Assembly (NCBI GenBank): GCA_963798845.1
Contig: CAWCUS010000002.1
Location: forward strand, 834,058-898,057
Length of the DNA: 64,000 bases
Direction: 5' to 3'
Origin: an uncultured Gemmatimonadales bacterium
GTDB lineage: Bacteria; Gemmatimonadota; Gemmatimonadetes; Longimicrobiales; RSA9
In this document: one piece after another, positions 18,150-27,027 of the stretch
Layout of the letters: every line of letters begins with the position of its first letter
How positions within the stretch are numbered: position 1 is the stretch's first letter
Notes under the pieces: model-generated
Seen by the model: only the letters and a program-made list of their open reading frames with translations
Told to the model about the DNA's origin: nothing
The model's database searches: none
Translations under genes and position numbers: made by a program

Positions 18150-18889
18150 AGCTCGACGTCTTCTTCACCCCGGGCGAGCTGGTCGGCTCGGAGCTCCCGA
18201 GGTGGGTCGTGGTGGTGGACGTGCTGCGCGCCACGAGCACCATTGTCGAGGCGCTCGCCAACGGCGCGAAAGCCGTGTTCCCCGTGGACACGGCGGACGC
18301 GGCTGCGCGACTGGCGCAGAACGTGGGGCGCGACTCGGTGCTGCTGTGCGGCGAGCGGAAGGCGCTCCCGATCGAGGGGTTCGACCTCGGAAACGCGCCG
18401 CCCGAGTTCACCGCCGAGCGCGTGGCCGACCTGTCCCTGGTCATGACCACCACGAACGGCACGCGGGCCTTCCTCGCCGTGGTGGAGCGGCGGGGCGGGT
18501 TGGTCGACACGGAAGCCACGGCCGTGCTGGCGGGCTCGTTCCTGAACCTGCGCGCCGTCACCCGCCGTCTCGCGGAGGACGGAGAAGCGGCCGCGGTGGT
18601 GTGCGCGGGGCGGGAGGGGCGGTTCGCGCTCGAGGACGCCGTATGCGCCGGGGCTCTGGCCGAGGGCGTGGCCGCACTCGCGGGGGGGGTGACCACGAAT
18701 GACGCGGCCGCGGCCGCGCGGGACCTGGCCAGCCGATACATGGACGACCTGCCGCAGATGCTGGAACGGACGGCCGCGGGGCGCCATCTTGTGGAGGTCG
18801 GACATGGCGCCGACCTGGAGTTCTGCGCGCGGGTCGACCGCACCGCCGTGGTTCCGCGTTTCCGCGACCGCAAGATCACGCTGGAGTAG
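18146..18889 (+). CDS. comB: 2-phosphosulfolactate phosphatase family protein
   Basis: [40 protein letters not shown] overlap with accC. Confidence 0.9.
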   Translation: MKLDVFFTPGELVGSELPRWVVVVDVLRATSTIVEALANGAKAVFPVDTADAAARLAQNVGRDSVLLCGERKALPIEGFDLGNAPPEFTAERVADLSLVMTTTNGTRAFLAVVERRGGLVDTEATAVLAGSFLNLRAVTRRLAEDGEAAAVVCAGREGRFALEDAVCAGALAEGVAALAGGVTTNDAAAAARDLASRYMDDLPQMLERTAAGRHLVEVGHGADLEFCARVDRTAVVPRFRDRKITLE

Positions 18890-18890
18890 C

Positions 18891-21296
18891 ATGGCGTCCA
18901 AAGGCGATGAAGGGCTGCTGACGGAGGCGCAGCGGCGCGACCTCCTCGGGCTGGGGCTCGCGCTGCTGGCCCTGTTCGCCGCCCTGAGCCTGATCCCAAC
19001 GACCGCCGTCGGGGGCGCATCCTGGGCTCCATCGGGCAACTTCATGGGGGTGGTCGGGGCCGGCTTCCGCAGAGGCGGGGAGGCCGCGCTGGGCGCGGGC
19101 GTCTACCTCGTCCCGCTGATCCCGGCGCTGGGCGCCGTGGCCGCGTTCGACTTCCACCCCGGCGCCGCCCTGCAATGGACCATCCTGCTGGTGGTGGCGA
19201 CGCTCCTCCTCCCGATCGCCGTGGCCGTCCTCACGCTCGGCCGCGACGACGTTCTCGCCCTCGCGGGCATCTGGGGCGTCTTCGTGGGGGCCCCCATGCT
19301 TTCCGCCCTCGGCGCCGTGGGGGCCATTCTCCTTCTCCTCTTTCTGGCCGCGGCCGCCAGTGTCGCCACGATCGGCTGGAACCCCGCCCGCTCCGCCGTG
19401 GGCGGCGCTTCGGCCGGGGCGCGCGTGCTGCGCGGGGCGGCGGCGTCCATCGACTCGGCCAGGATCACGGCCCCGATCCGCGGGCTGATGCGCCGGAGCG
19501 GCCGGTCGGCCGCGGCGCAGGCGGAGCTCCCGCCTGCGGCGGAGCTCACCGCGGCGGCGTCCGCGGAAGCCGCAGAGGCGGGCTCGGACACGCCGGCATC
19601 CGCTGCGTCGGCCGTGGAATCCCGAAGATCGCGGGGCAGGGGGCGGAAGACGGAGCCCGAGCAGGGGAGCGTCGCCCACGGGTTCCAGGGTCCGATGACC
19701 GCGGGTCCTCCCGCGTCGGCGCCGCCCATCCCGTTGCTGGAGGCGAAGCCGGAGCGGGATCCGACGCTGACGGAGCGGGAGCTGGATCGCCTCGCCACGG
19801 TGCTCGTGGAGACGCTGGAGACGTTCAAGGTCCAGGGCCAGATCATCGGGCGAACCACCGGGCCGGTGGTGACGCAGTACGAGTTCGCGCCGGCGCCCGG
19901 GATCAAGGTGAGCCGTGTGGAGGCGCTGGACGCGGACCTGGCGCTGGCGCTCAAGGCGCCGAGCGTGCGCATCGTGGCGCCGATTCCCGGGAAGGCGGCC
20001 GTCGGCGTCGAGGTTCCGAACCCCGAGCCGGAGATGGTCTACCTTCGCGAGATCGTGGACGCGCCCGCGTTCCAGCGCAGCCGGGGTCAGCTGCCGCTGG
20101 CGCTCGGAAAGGACCTGGAAGGGCGGCCCCACGTGGCCGACCTGTCCAAGATGCCGCACCTGCTCATCGCCGGGGCCACGGGTTCGGGCAAGAGCGTGTG
20201 CATCAACACCATCATCACCAGCCTGGTCTTCCGGCACACCCCCGAGACGCTCCGCCTCCTGCTCGTCGACCCGAAGATGGTGGAGCTCAGCGTCTATGGA
20301 GACCTCCCCCACCTGCGCCACCCGGTCGTCACCGACCCGGAGGACGCCGCGCTCGCGCTGCGCTGGGCGGTCTACGAGATGGAGCGTCGCTACGAGCTCC
20401 TGTCGCAGAACAGCGTGCGCTCGATCAAGGAGTTCAACGACCGCCTGCGGGAGGGGAAGCTGCTGCGACGCTCCGAGCCCGTGGGACCCGAAGGCGATCC
20501 GGACCGGTGGATCTACTCCGACGGTCCGCTCCCCTACGTCGTCGTGATCGTCGACGAGCTCGCGGACCTCATGTTGTCCGTGCAGTCCGAGGTCGAGCGG
20601 CCGCTCGCGCAGCTCGCGCAGAAGGCGCGCGCGATCGGCATCCACCTCATCGTCGCCACCCAGCGCCCCAGCGTGAACGTGATCACCGGCCTGATCAAGG
20701 CCAACTTCTCGTGCCGGATCGCGTTCCGCGTGAGCTCGAAGGTAGACTCCCGCACCATCATCGACCAGAACGGCGCCGACGCGCTGCTCGGCAACGGCGA
20801 CATGCTCTTCCTTCCGCCCGGCACCTCGGACCCGGTGCGCATTCAGGGCGCGTTCATCTCCACGGCCGAGACCGAGCGGCTCATGGGCTGGTACCGCGAT
20901 CGGGAGGATGCTGGGGAGGGTCTCGGCGGCGGCACGGAGCGCGACATCCTCGAGGTCGTCCGCGAGAAGGAGTACGAGGCCGCCGGCAACGTGGTCGAGG
21001 ACGCGCTGGAGGACCGCGACGAGCTGTTCCGACAGGCCGCCGAGGTCTGCATCCAGCACGAGCAGGGTTCCACTTCGCTGCTCCAGCGACGACTCCGGAT
21101 CGGCTACGGTCGCGCCGCCCGCATCGTCGACCAGCTCGAGCACGCCGGTGTGCTCGGTCCCCCGGACGGCTCCAAGCCCCGCGAGGTCCTGGTCGGCCTC
21201 GCCGGCCTCGACCTGCTCTTCGCCGGCGAGTCCGACGACCCCCACCACCCCGTCCCCGCCGGAGACCCCGACGCCCCGGCGGACCCGGAGCCATAG
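18891..21296 (+). CDS. ftsK: DNA translocase FtsK
   Basis: N-terminal TM domain, GPVVTQYE, MPHLLIAGATGSGKS, DELADLM, ATQRPSVNVITG, gamma domain STSLLQRRLRIGYGRAARI. Confidence 0.97.
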   Translation: MASKGDEGLLTEAQRRDLLGLGLALLALFAALSLIPTTAVGGASWAPSGNFMGVVGAGFRRGGEAALGAGVYLVPLIPALGAVAAFDFHPGAALQWTILLVVATLLLPIAVAVLTLGRDDVLALAGIWGVFVGAPMLSALGAVGAILLLLFLAAAASVATIGWNPARSAVGGASAGARVLRGAAASIDSARITAPIRGLMRRSGRSAAAQAELPPAAELTAAASAEAAEAGSDTPASAASAVESRRSRGRGRKTEPEQGSVAHGFQGPMTAGPPASAPPIPLLEAKPERDPTLTERELDRLATVLVETLETFKVQGQIIGRTTGPVVTQYEFAPAPGIKVSRVEALDADLALALKAPSVRIVAPIPGKAAVGVEVPNPEPEMVYLREIVDAPAFQRSRGQLPLALGKDLEGRPHVADLSKMPHLLIAGATGSGKSVCINTIITSLVFRHTPETLRLLLVDPKMVELSVYGDLPHLRHPVVTDPEDAALALRWAVYEMERRYELLSQNSVRSIKEFNDRLREGKLLRRSEPVGPEGDPDRWIYSDGPLPYVVVIVDELADLMLSVQSEVERPLAQLAQKARAIGIHLIVATQRPSVNVITGLIKANFSCRIAFRVSSKVDSRTIIDQNGADALLGNGDMLFLPPGTSDPVRIQGAFISTAETERLMGWYRDREDAGEGLGGGTERDILEVVREKEYEAAGNVVEDALEDRDELFRQAAEVCIQHEQGSTSLLQRRLRIGYGRAARIVDQLEHAGVLGPPDGSKPREVLVGLAGLDLLFAGESDDPHHPVPAGDPDAPADPEP

Positions 21297-21443
21297 CCCC
21301 GTGTGACGGCCGCGGCGGAGCGAGAGATCGAAGCGCGGCGGGGGGCGGGCCGTCCGGAACGGCGGGCGGTGTGGCAGGGTAAGCGGGGGGGGCGGGGCCG
21401 AACGAGGGCCGACGGCACACCGGGAACGGGCTTACGGGGGCGC

Positions 21444-22403
21444 ATGAGCGGAAGATGGAGCACGCTGGGGTGGGGGGCCGCGCTGGCCGCCGCGCTGGCG
21501 GTGGGGCAGGTGGGATGCGGCGCCGAGGCGCCGGACTCCGGCGCGGGCGGGAGCGCGGCTCGCCCCTCGAACGGGGCCCGGACCGCGAACGGAGCCGCTG
21601 CCGGCTCGCCGGCAGCCGCAGCCCGGCCGTACGGCGACACGGGGACCGCTGCCCCCGCAGCCACCTCGCCCCTCGCCACGACCTCGCCCCTCGCGACGAC
21701 GTCGCCCCCGGCCACGGCCGAGCGGCCGACGACTCCGGCCTCCGAGAGGTCGTCCGCGGAGGCCGGCGTGGTGCGCGACCAGGCTTCCCCGGCGGCGGCA
21801 CCGGGCCCAGGCGAGGCGGTCGACAGCACGGCGGCGATCCTGCGGGCGACGGCGCGCCGGTACGAAGGAGTGACGTCCATGCAGGCGGACTTCGTCCAGG
21901 TGCTGAACAACACGCTGCTCGGCCAGGCCACACGCTCGCGCGGGACGATGTTCCAGAAGGAGCCCGGCTACTTCCTGATGCGCTTCAGCGAGCCTGCCGG
22001 TGACCTGATCCTGAGCGATGGCCGCTACTTCTGGCTGTACTTCCCAAGCAGCGATCCGAAGCAGGTGATCCGCACGCCCCGCGGCGCCCAGGGTCTGGAT
22101 CTGCGCGCCCAGTTCATCGGCGACCCCGTACGACGCTTCGACGCCACCTACGGGGGGCGCGCCGAGGTGGACGGCCGGGAAGCGGACGTGCTGACGCTGG
22201 TGCCGAGGGTGGAAGCCGGCTACGAGCGCCTCAAGGTGTGGATCGACGCCGGTGACCACCTGATCCGCCGCTTCGAGCTCACAGAGGCGAACGGCGTGGT
22301 CCGACACTTCGACCTCAGCGATGTCGTGGTCAACCCTTCGCTGCCCGACCGGCTGTTCCAGTTCACGCCGCCCGAGGGAGCGCAGGTGATCGAGCGTGGC
22401 TGA
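21444..22403 (+). CDS. lolA: LolA-family lipoprotein carrier with an N-terminal signal ending in Cys and a long A/T/P/S linker
   Basis: C-terminal fold SMQADFVQ...RGTMFQKEPG...ILSDGRYFWLYFP...KQV...LFQFTPPEGAQVI; follows ftsK as lolA often does. Start could be 21303 (GTG) or 21444. Confidence 0.8.
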   Translation: MSGRWSTLGWGAALAAALAVGQVGCGAEAPDSGAGGSAARPSNGARTANGAAAGSPAAAARPYGDTGTAAPAATSPLATTSPLATTSPPATAERPTTPASERSSAEAGVVRDQASPAAAPGPGEAVDSTAAILRATARRYEGVTSMQADFVQVLNNTLLGQATRSRGTMFQKEPGYFLMRFSEPAGDLILSDGRYFWLYFPSSDPKQVIRTPRGAQGLDLRAQFIGDPVRRFDATYGGRAEVDGREADVLTLVPRVEAGYERLKVWIDAGDHLIRRFELTEANGVVRHFDLSDVVVNPSLPDRLFQFTPPEGAQVIERG

Positions 22404-24000
22404 GAGGAAGCCGCTGCCGGTCCTCCCGTCTGGATCGCCGCTCTCCGGCGGAGCGACGGGAGGCGACGCCGACGGAGCGGAGCCGCTGACCGCGGCGCTG
22501 GACGCCGCCGGCGTGGTGGCGGGCACCCGCGTCGCCCTGGTGACGCTCGGGTGCGACAAGAACACCGTGGACAGCGAGCGGGTGCTGAGCCGGCTGGTGG
22601 GCGCTGGTGTGGAGCTCGCGGCGTCGCCGGAGGAAGCGGACGTGGTGCTGGTGAACACGTGCGGCTTCATCGAGGTGGCGAAGCAGGAATCCATTGAGGC
22701 GCTCCTGTCGGCGGCGAGGCTGAAGGAGTCCGGACGCGTGCGGGCGGTGGTAGGCATGGGTTGTCTGGTGCAGCGCTACAAGGCGGAGCTCGAGGCCGAG
22801 ATCCCGGAGGTGGACCTGTTCCTGGGACTCGCCGAGACCGACCGCCTGATCCCTGAGCTCGCGAGCCGCGGCTTCGTCGCCGTGGACGGGCCGGTGATGG
22901 AGCGCCCGCTGCGCGTCCTCAGCTCCGCCAATGCCGGGGTCCATTCGGCGCACCTCAAGATCAGCGAGGGCTGCGATCACACGTGCGCGTTCTGCGCGAT
23001 TCCCCTGATGCGGGGCAAGTTCCGCTCGACGCCGCTGGACGTGCTCGTGCGGGAAGCGCAGGCGCTGGAGGCCCGGGGCGCGGTCGAGCTGAACATCGTG
23101 AGCCAGGACACCACCTGGTACGGCCGTGACTGGGCCCGGGCGCTGGCGCGCGGGGATGCCTCGCCCTTCCGGGGAGACGAGGGCGACGGCTGGTTCCTCG
23201 GCCGCCCCTTCGAAGGCATGGCCAACGCCCCGCTCGCCGACCGGTTGGCGTCGCGCGACGCGGAAGGCCCCGTGCGGTCCGGCCCGCTGTCGCTGGAAGG
23301 CGTGACGCGCACGGGCGCGCTCCCGCTTCTCCTCGAAAGGCTCCTCGAGGAGACCGGCATCCCGTGGTACCGCCTGTTCTACATGTACCCGTCAGGCATC
23401 ACGCCCGAGCTGGTGGCGCTCATGGCCAGGGAGCCGCGCATCCTGCCATACCTCGACATGCCGATCCAGCACGGCTCGGACGCGGTGCTGACACGCATGC
23501 GCCGGCCGGAGCGCAGGGCGACGATCCTGGAGCGGGTCCGCTGGCTGCGCGACGCGATCCCCGACCTCGCCCTCCGGACCACGTGCATCGTCGGCTTCCC
23601 GGGCGAGACGGAGGACGACTTCGAAGCGCTGCTGGCACTGCTCGAGGAAGTCGGCTTCGATCACGTGGGCGCGTTCGCATACTCCGAGGAGGAGGATACG
23701 CCGGCGGCCGAGATGGGCGACCAGGTCCCCGTCCCGGTGCGGAGAGAGCGGCTGGAGCGGCTGCTGGACGCGCAGCGGACCCTTTCGCTGGGGAGGAACG
23801 AGGTGCGCGTGGGACTGCGGACCGCGGTGCTGGTGGACGCGGTGGACACGGATGGCGCCGTCGCCCGGGCGCCGTGGCAGGCGCCGGAAGTGGACGGGGT
23901 CGTCATCGTGGAGGACGGCGCGGGACTCCGGCCCGGGGAGCTGGTGGACGTGGAGATCACGGAAGCGGACGAGTTCGACCTGAGCGCACGCCTGGCGTGA
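22396..24000 (+). CDS. rimO: Ribosomal protein S12 methylthiotransferase RimO
   Basis: LGCDKNTVDSE, VNTCGFIEVAKQES, CxxxCxxC (GCDHTCAFCAIP), YLDMPIQH, TRAM with APEVDG. Confidence 0.95.
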   Translation: MAERKPLPVLPSGSPLSGGATGGDADGAEPLTAALDAAGVVAGTRVALVTLGCDKNTVDSERVLSRLVGAGVELAASPEEADVVLVNTCGFIEVAKQESIEALLSAARLKESGRVRAVVGMGCLVQRYKAELEAEIPEVDLFLGLAETDRLIPELASRGFVAVDGPVMERPLRVLSSANAGVHSAHLKISEGCDHTCAFCAIPLMRGKFRSTPLDVLVREAQALEARGAVELNIVSQDTTWYGRDWARALARGDASPFRGDEGDGWFLGRPFEGMANAPLADRLASRDAEGPVRSGPLSLEGVTRTGALPLLLERLLEETGIPWYRLFYMYPSGITPELVALMAREPRILPYLDMPIQHGSDAVLTRMRRPERRATILERVRWLRDAIPDLALRTTCIVGFPGETEDDFEALLALLEEVGFDHVGAFAYSEEEDTPAAEMGDQVPVPVRRERLERLLDAQRTLSLGRNEVRVGLRTAVLVDAVDTDGAVARAPWQAPEVDGVVIVEDGAGLRPGELVDVEITEADEFDLSARLA

Positions 24001-25328
24001 GGGTGCGAACGCACGCGGGGACGGGGCACCGACTGGTCCGGTTGCTGGCGGCGACCGGCGTCCTGGCCTCCTGCACGGTGGCCGGACCGCGCCCGGAAGG
24101 CGCCGGCGGCCCCTCTCCCGTGCGTGTCCCCGCGGGCATCGAGGCCGGAGTGGAGCCGGGGGTCCGCGTGGGTGTGGCGGTGGCCGTGGATTCGGCCGTC
24201 TTGGGAGGGACCGGGGCGTTCGAGCTGGTGGACGCGGCGGGCGCCGTGGAGGCCAGGGGCGGCGCCGGTGACGTCTGGGTGGTACGGGCGGCTGCCGGGG
24301 GTCTCGAGGTCGTTCGCCGGCCCGCCGCAACGGGCGGTACCGGGCGCGCGGCGCCCATTGCCAGGTCCCGCCCGGGCGGGCTGCTCGTCCTTCGTCCTGC
24401 GGGCGACGGCCGGGTCACGCTCGGCGATCGGTCCTACCGTGGCTCGCTCCTGCTCCGGGCCGCCGATACCGGGGTCACGGTGGCCAACGCCCTGGACCTG
24501 GAGGCGTACCTTCTGGGCGTGGTGCCGCTGGAAATCGGGGCAGGGCGGCCGGCGGAGGAGATGGCGGCGGTCAAGGCGCAGGCGGTGGCGGCGAGGACCT
24601 ACGCCGTCCGCAACCTGGGCCGGCGCGGCGACCTTGGCTTCGACTTCTACGGTAGCGTCCTCGACCAGGCGTACGGCGGCGAGTCGGCGGAGGACCCGGT
24701 GGCGAGCGCGGCGGTACGGGAGACGCGAGGCGAGATCGTCGTCTACCAGGGCGAGCCGATCGAGGCGTACTACCACTCCACGTGCGGCGGACGGACGGCG
24801 GCTCTGGACGAAGTGTGGCCGGGTACGCCCCGGCCGTACCTCCGCTCGGTGTCGGACCGGCGCCCCGACGGGGGCTGGTACTGCGAGAGCTCGAGCCGCT
24901 TCCGCTGGACGGAGGAGTGGGACGCCGGCGAGCTGGCGGCGGCGCTCACGGCCGCGCTGCGGGCCACCGGCCGCGCCACCGGCCGGGTCACCCGGGTCGA
25001 TGACATCGAGATCACGCGGCGGACGCCGTCCGGGCGGGTGGGGGAGCTGCGGATCCGGACCAATCTCGGCGAGACGGTGGTCCACGGGGACTCCGTTCGG
25101 TGGATCCTGCGGCCGGCGCCGGACCGGATCCTGAACAGCGCGTCCATCGAGCTGGAGCCGGAGGGGCGCGGCCAGGTGACGCACCTCACGGCGCGCGGCG
25201 CGGGGTGGGGGCACGGGATCGGCATGTGCCAGATCGGCGCTTTGGGACGCGCACGGGCGGGGGAGTCCTATCGCGAGATACTGGGGACGTACTATCCTGG
25301 GACCCGAATTGCCCGACTCTATCGGTGA
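23997..25328 (+). CDS. SpoIID/LytB-domain lipoprotein (lytic transglycosylase family)
   Basis: Lipobox LASC, YRG, LEAYLLGVVPLE, KAQAVAARTY, YHSTCGG, GWGHGIGMCQ, ILGTYYPG. Confidence 0.92.
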   Translation: MRVRTHAGTGHRLVRLLAATGVLASCTVAGPRPEGAGGPSPVRVPAGIEAGVEPGVRVGVAVAVDSAVLGGTGAFELVDAAGAVEARGGAGDVWVVRAAAGGLEVVRRPAATGGTGRAAPIARSRPGGLLVLRPAGDGRVTLGDRSYRGSLLLRAADTGVTVANALDLEAYLLGVVPLEIGAGRPAEEMAAVKAQAVAARTYAVRNLGRRGDLGFDFYGSVLDQAYGGESAEDPVASAAVRETRGEIVVYQGEPIEAYYHSTCGGRTAALDEVWPGTPRPYLRSVSDRRPDGGWYCESSSRFRWTEEWDAGELAAALTAALRATGRATGRVTRVDDIEITRRTPSGRVGELRIRTNLGETVVHGDSVRWILRPAPDRILNSASIELEPEGRGQVTHLTARGAGWGHGIGMCQIGALGRARAGESYREILGTYYPGTRIARLYR

Positions 25329-25333
25329 GCGCC

Positions 25334-26011
25334 ATGCGACGGACCATCTTCGCCCTGCTGCTGCTCGCGACCGCCTCGCCCGCGGCCGCGCAGTCCCTGG
25401 CCGACTACGACTACGAGAACCTCGGCCTCCGCGGTGCCGGCGCCGCCCTGGGGTACATGTGGTCGAACCGCGTCCAGAACACGAACGTCTACAGCCTCCG
25501 CCTCGATCTCGGCTACCTCGGGCCCGGGGTGCGCATCATCCCGACGCTCAGCTACTGGCAGTCCAAGTTCACGCAGAAGGAGCTCGACGCCCTGGCGGCA
25601 AGGATCAACGGCCGGGGCGGCGTTTCCTTCGTGGACGCCCGAGAGCTCGCCCCACTGAAGTGGAGCGACCTCTCCCTCTCCGTGGACGGGCAGTTCGTGT
25701 GGAAGACGCCGGCCGCGCTGCTGACGTACGTGGGCGCAGGATTCGGGCTGCACGCGCTCAACGGCCAGGGCGCCGCCATTGACAACACGTTCATCGAGGA
25801 CCTGCTCGACTCCGTAACGGCCGGCATGTCCGTGCTGGGCGGGCTCGAGCTGGTGCCGGACCCTCGCCTGCGATTCTACGGCGAGGGCCGCTACACGGTC
25901 ATGAACAGTATCCAGTATCTTTCAGCCGCCGGCGGCGTCCAGTTCATGTTCGGCTCGCCCGAACCCCAGGGCGGGACGGCCCGGCCGGCTCCCGCGCCGG
26001 AGGGGCAGTAA
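25334..26011 (+). CDS. Exported protein, probable small outer-membrane beta-barrel
   Basis: Signal peptide (SPAAA|QS), alternating beta strands (YVGAGFGLH, RFYGEGRY, AAGGVQFMF). Confidence 0.7.
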   Translation: MRRTIFALLLLATASPAAAQSLADYDYENLGLRGAGAALGYMWSNRVQNTNVYSLRLDLGYLGPGVRIIPTLSYWQSKFTQKELDALAARINGRGGVSFVDARELAPLKWSDLSLSVDGQFVWKTPAALLTYVGAGFGLHALNGQGAAIDNTFIEDLLDSVTAGMSVLGGLELVPDPRLRFYGEGRYTVMNSIQYLSAAGGVQFMFGSPEPQGGTARPAPAPEGQ

Positions 26012-27027
26012 TGGCGCAGGGCGGCGAGCTGCGGGTGGGCGTGGTGGGGACCGGGGCGATCGCGCAGATCGTCCATCTTCCGCTCCTCAAGCAGATCGAC
26101 TCCGTGCGGGTGGAGGGGCTGTGCGACCTGGACCACTCGAAGGCCAGGGCGCTGGCCGAGCGGCTCGGCATCCCCAGGGTGTTCCGGAAAGCCGAGCAGC
26201 TGTTCGCCTGCGACGAGGTCGATGCGGTCGTCGTCTGCTCCCCCAGCCACCGGCACGAGGAGCACGCCATCGCCGCGCTGGCGGCGGGGAAGCATGTCCT
26301 GGTGGAGCGCCCGCTGGCGCTCACCGGGAAGGGTGCGATGGCGGTGTGTCGGGCTGCGGACCGCGCCGATCGGGTGCTCGTCGTCGCCTACAACAACCGC
26401 TACCGGCCGGAGGTCCGGGGCCTGCACTCGTTCATACAGGCGGGTGAGCTGGGCGACATCTTCAGCGTCCACGGCACCTGGTTCAACCGGAAGGTGCGTC
26501 CGAAGCGGCCCACCTGGCGGCACCGGAAGGACCTGGCGGGCGGCGGCGCCTTCATGGATCTCGGCGTCCAGGTGCTCGACCTCTGCCTCTGGCTCGTCGA
26601 CTATCCGGACGTGGAGCGCGTCTTCTCCCACATGCACCCGGCCGAAGGCTTCGACGTGGAAGATTCGGCCTCGGCCCTGATGCAGCTGTCGGGCGGGTCG
26701 ACCCTTTCGGTGCAGGTGACGTGGAGCATGCTCGGCGAGCGTGACCGCCACCACGTGCGCGTGTTCGGCAGCGCCGGCACCGCCACGACGTACCCGCTCA
26801 AGGTGTACAAGGAAGTGGAGCACGGGACGCTGGACGTGACGCCTCAGATCACGCCCGGGCAGGAGAACTCCTACACGGCGTCCTACCGCGAGGAGCTGCG
26901 CGCCTTCGCAGCAGCCGCCCTCGGGCGCGCCGAGCGCCCGCCGCTGCCCCGTGAGCAGGTGAGCCTCATGCGCGCGGTGAACGCGGTCTACGCGTCCGCC
27001 GAGAAGGCGAGGGAAGTCCGGCTGTGA
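26011..27027 (+). CDS. Gfo/Idh/MocA family oxidoreductase
   Basis: GVVGTGAIA Rossmann fold, GKHVLVERP (usually EKP), GGGAFMDLGV. Confidence 0.9.
   Translation: MAQGGELRVGVVGTGAIAQIVHLPLLKQIDSVRVEGLCDLDHSKARALAERLGIPRVFRKAEQLFACDEVDAVVVCSPSHRHEEHAIAALAAGKHVLVERPLALTGKGAMAVCRAADRADRVLVVAYNNRYRPEVRGLHSFIQAGELGDIFSVHGTWFNRKVRPKRPTWRHRKDLAGGGAFMDLGVQVLDLCLWLVDYPDVERVFSHMHPAEGFDVEDSASALMQLSGGSTLSVQVTWSMLGERDRHHVRVFGSAGTATTYPLKVYKEVEHGTLDVTPQITPGQENSYTASYREELRAFAAAALGRAERPPLPREQVSLMRAVNAVYASAEKAREVRL

Noticed and set aside
21325..21400. G-run cluster upstream of lolA as a G-quadruplex
   Set aside because: G-runs are common throughout this sequence and nothing independent supports a function.
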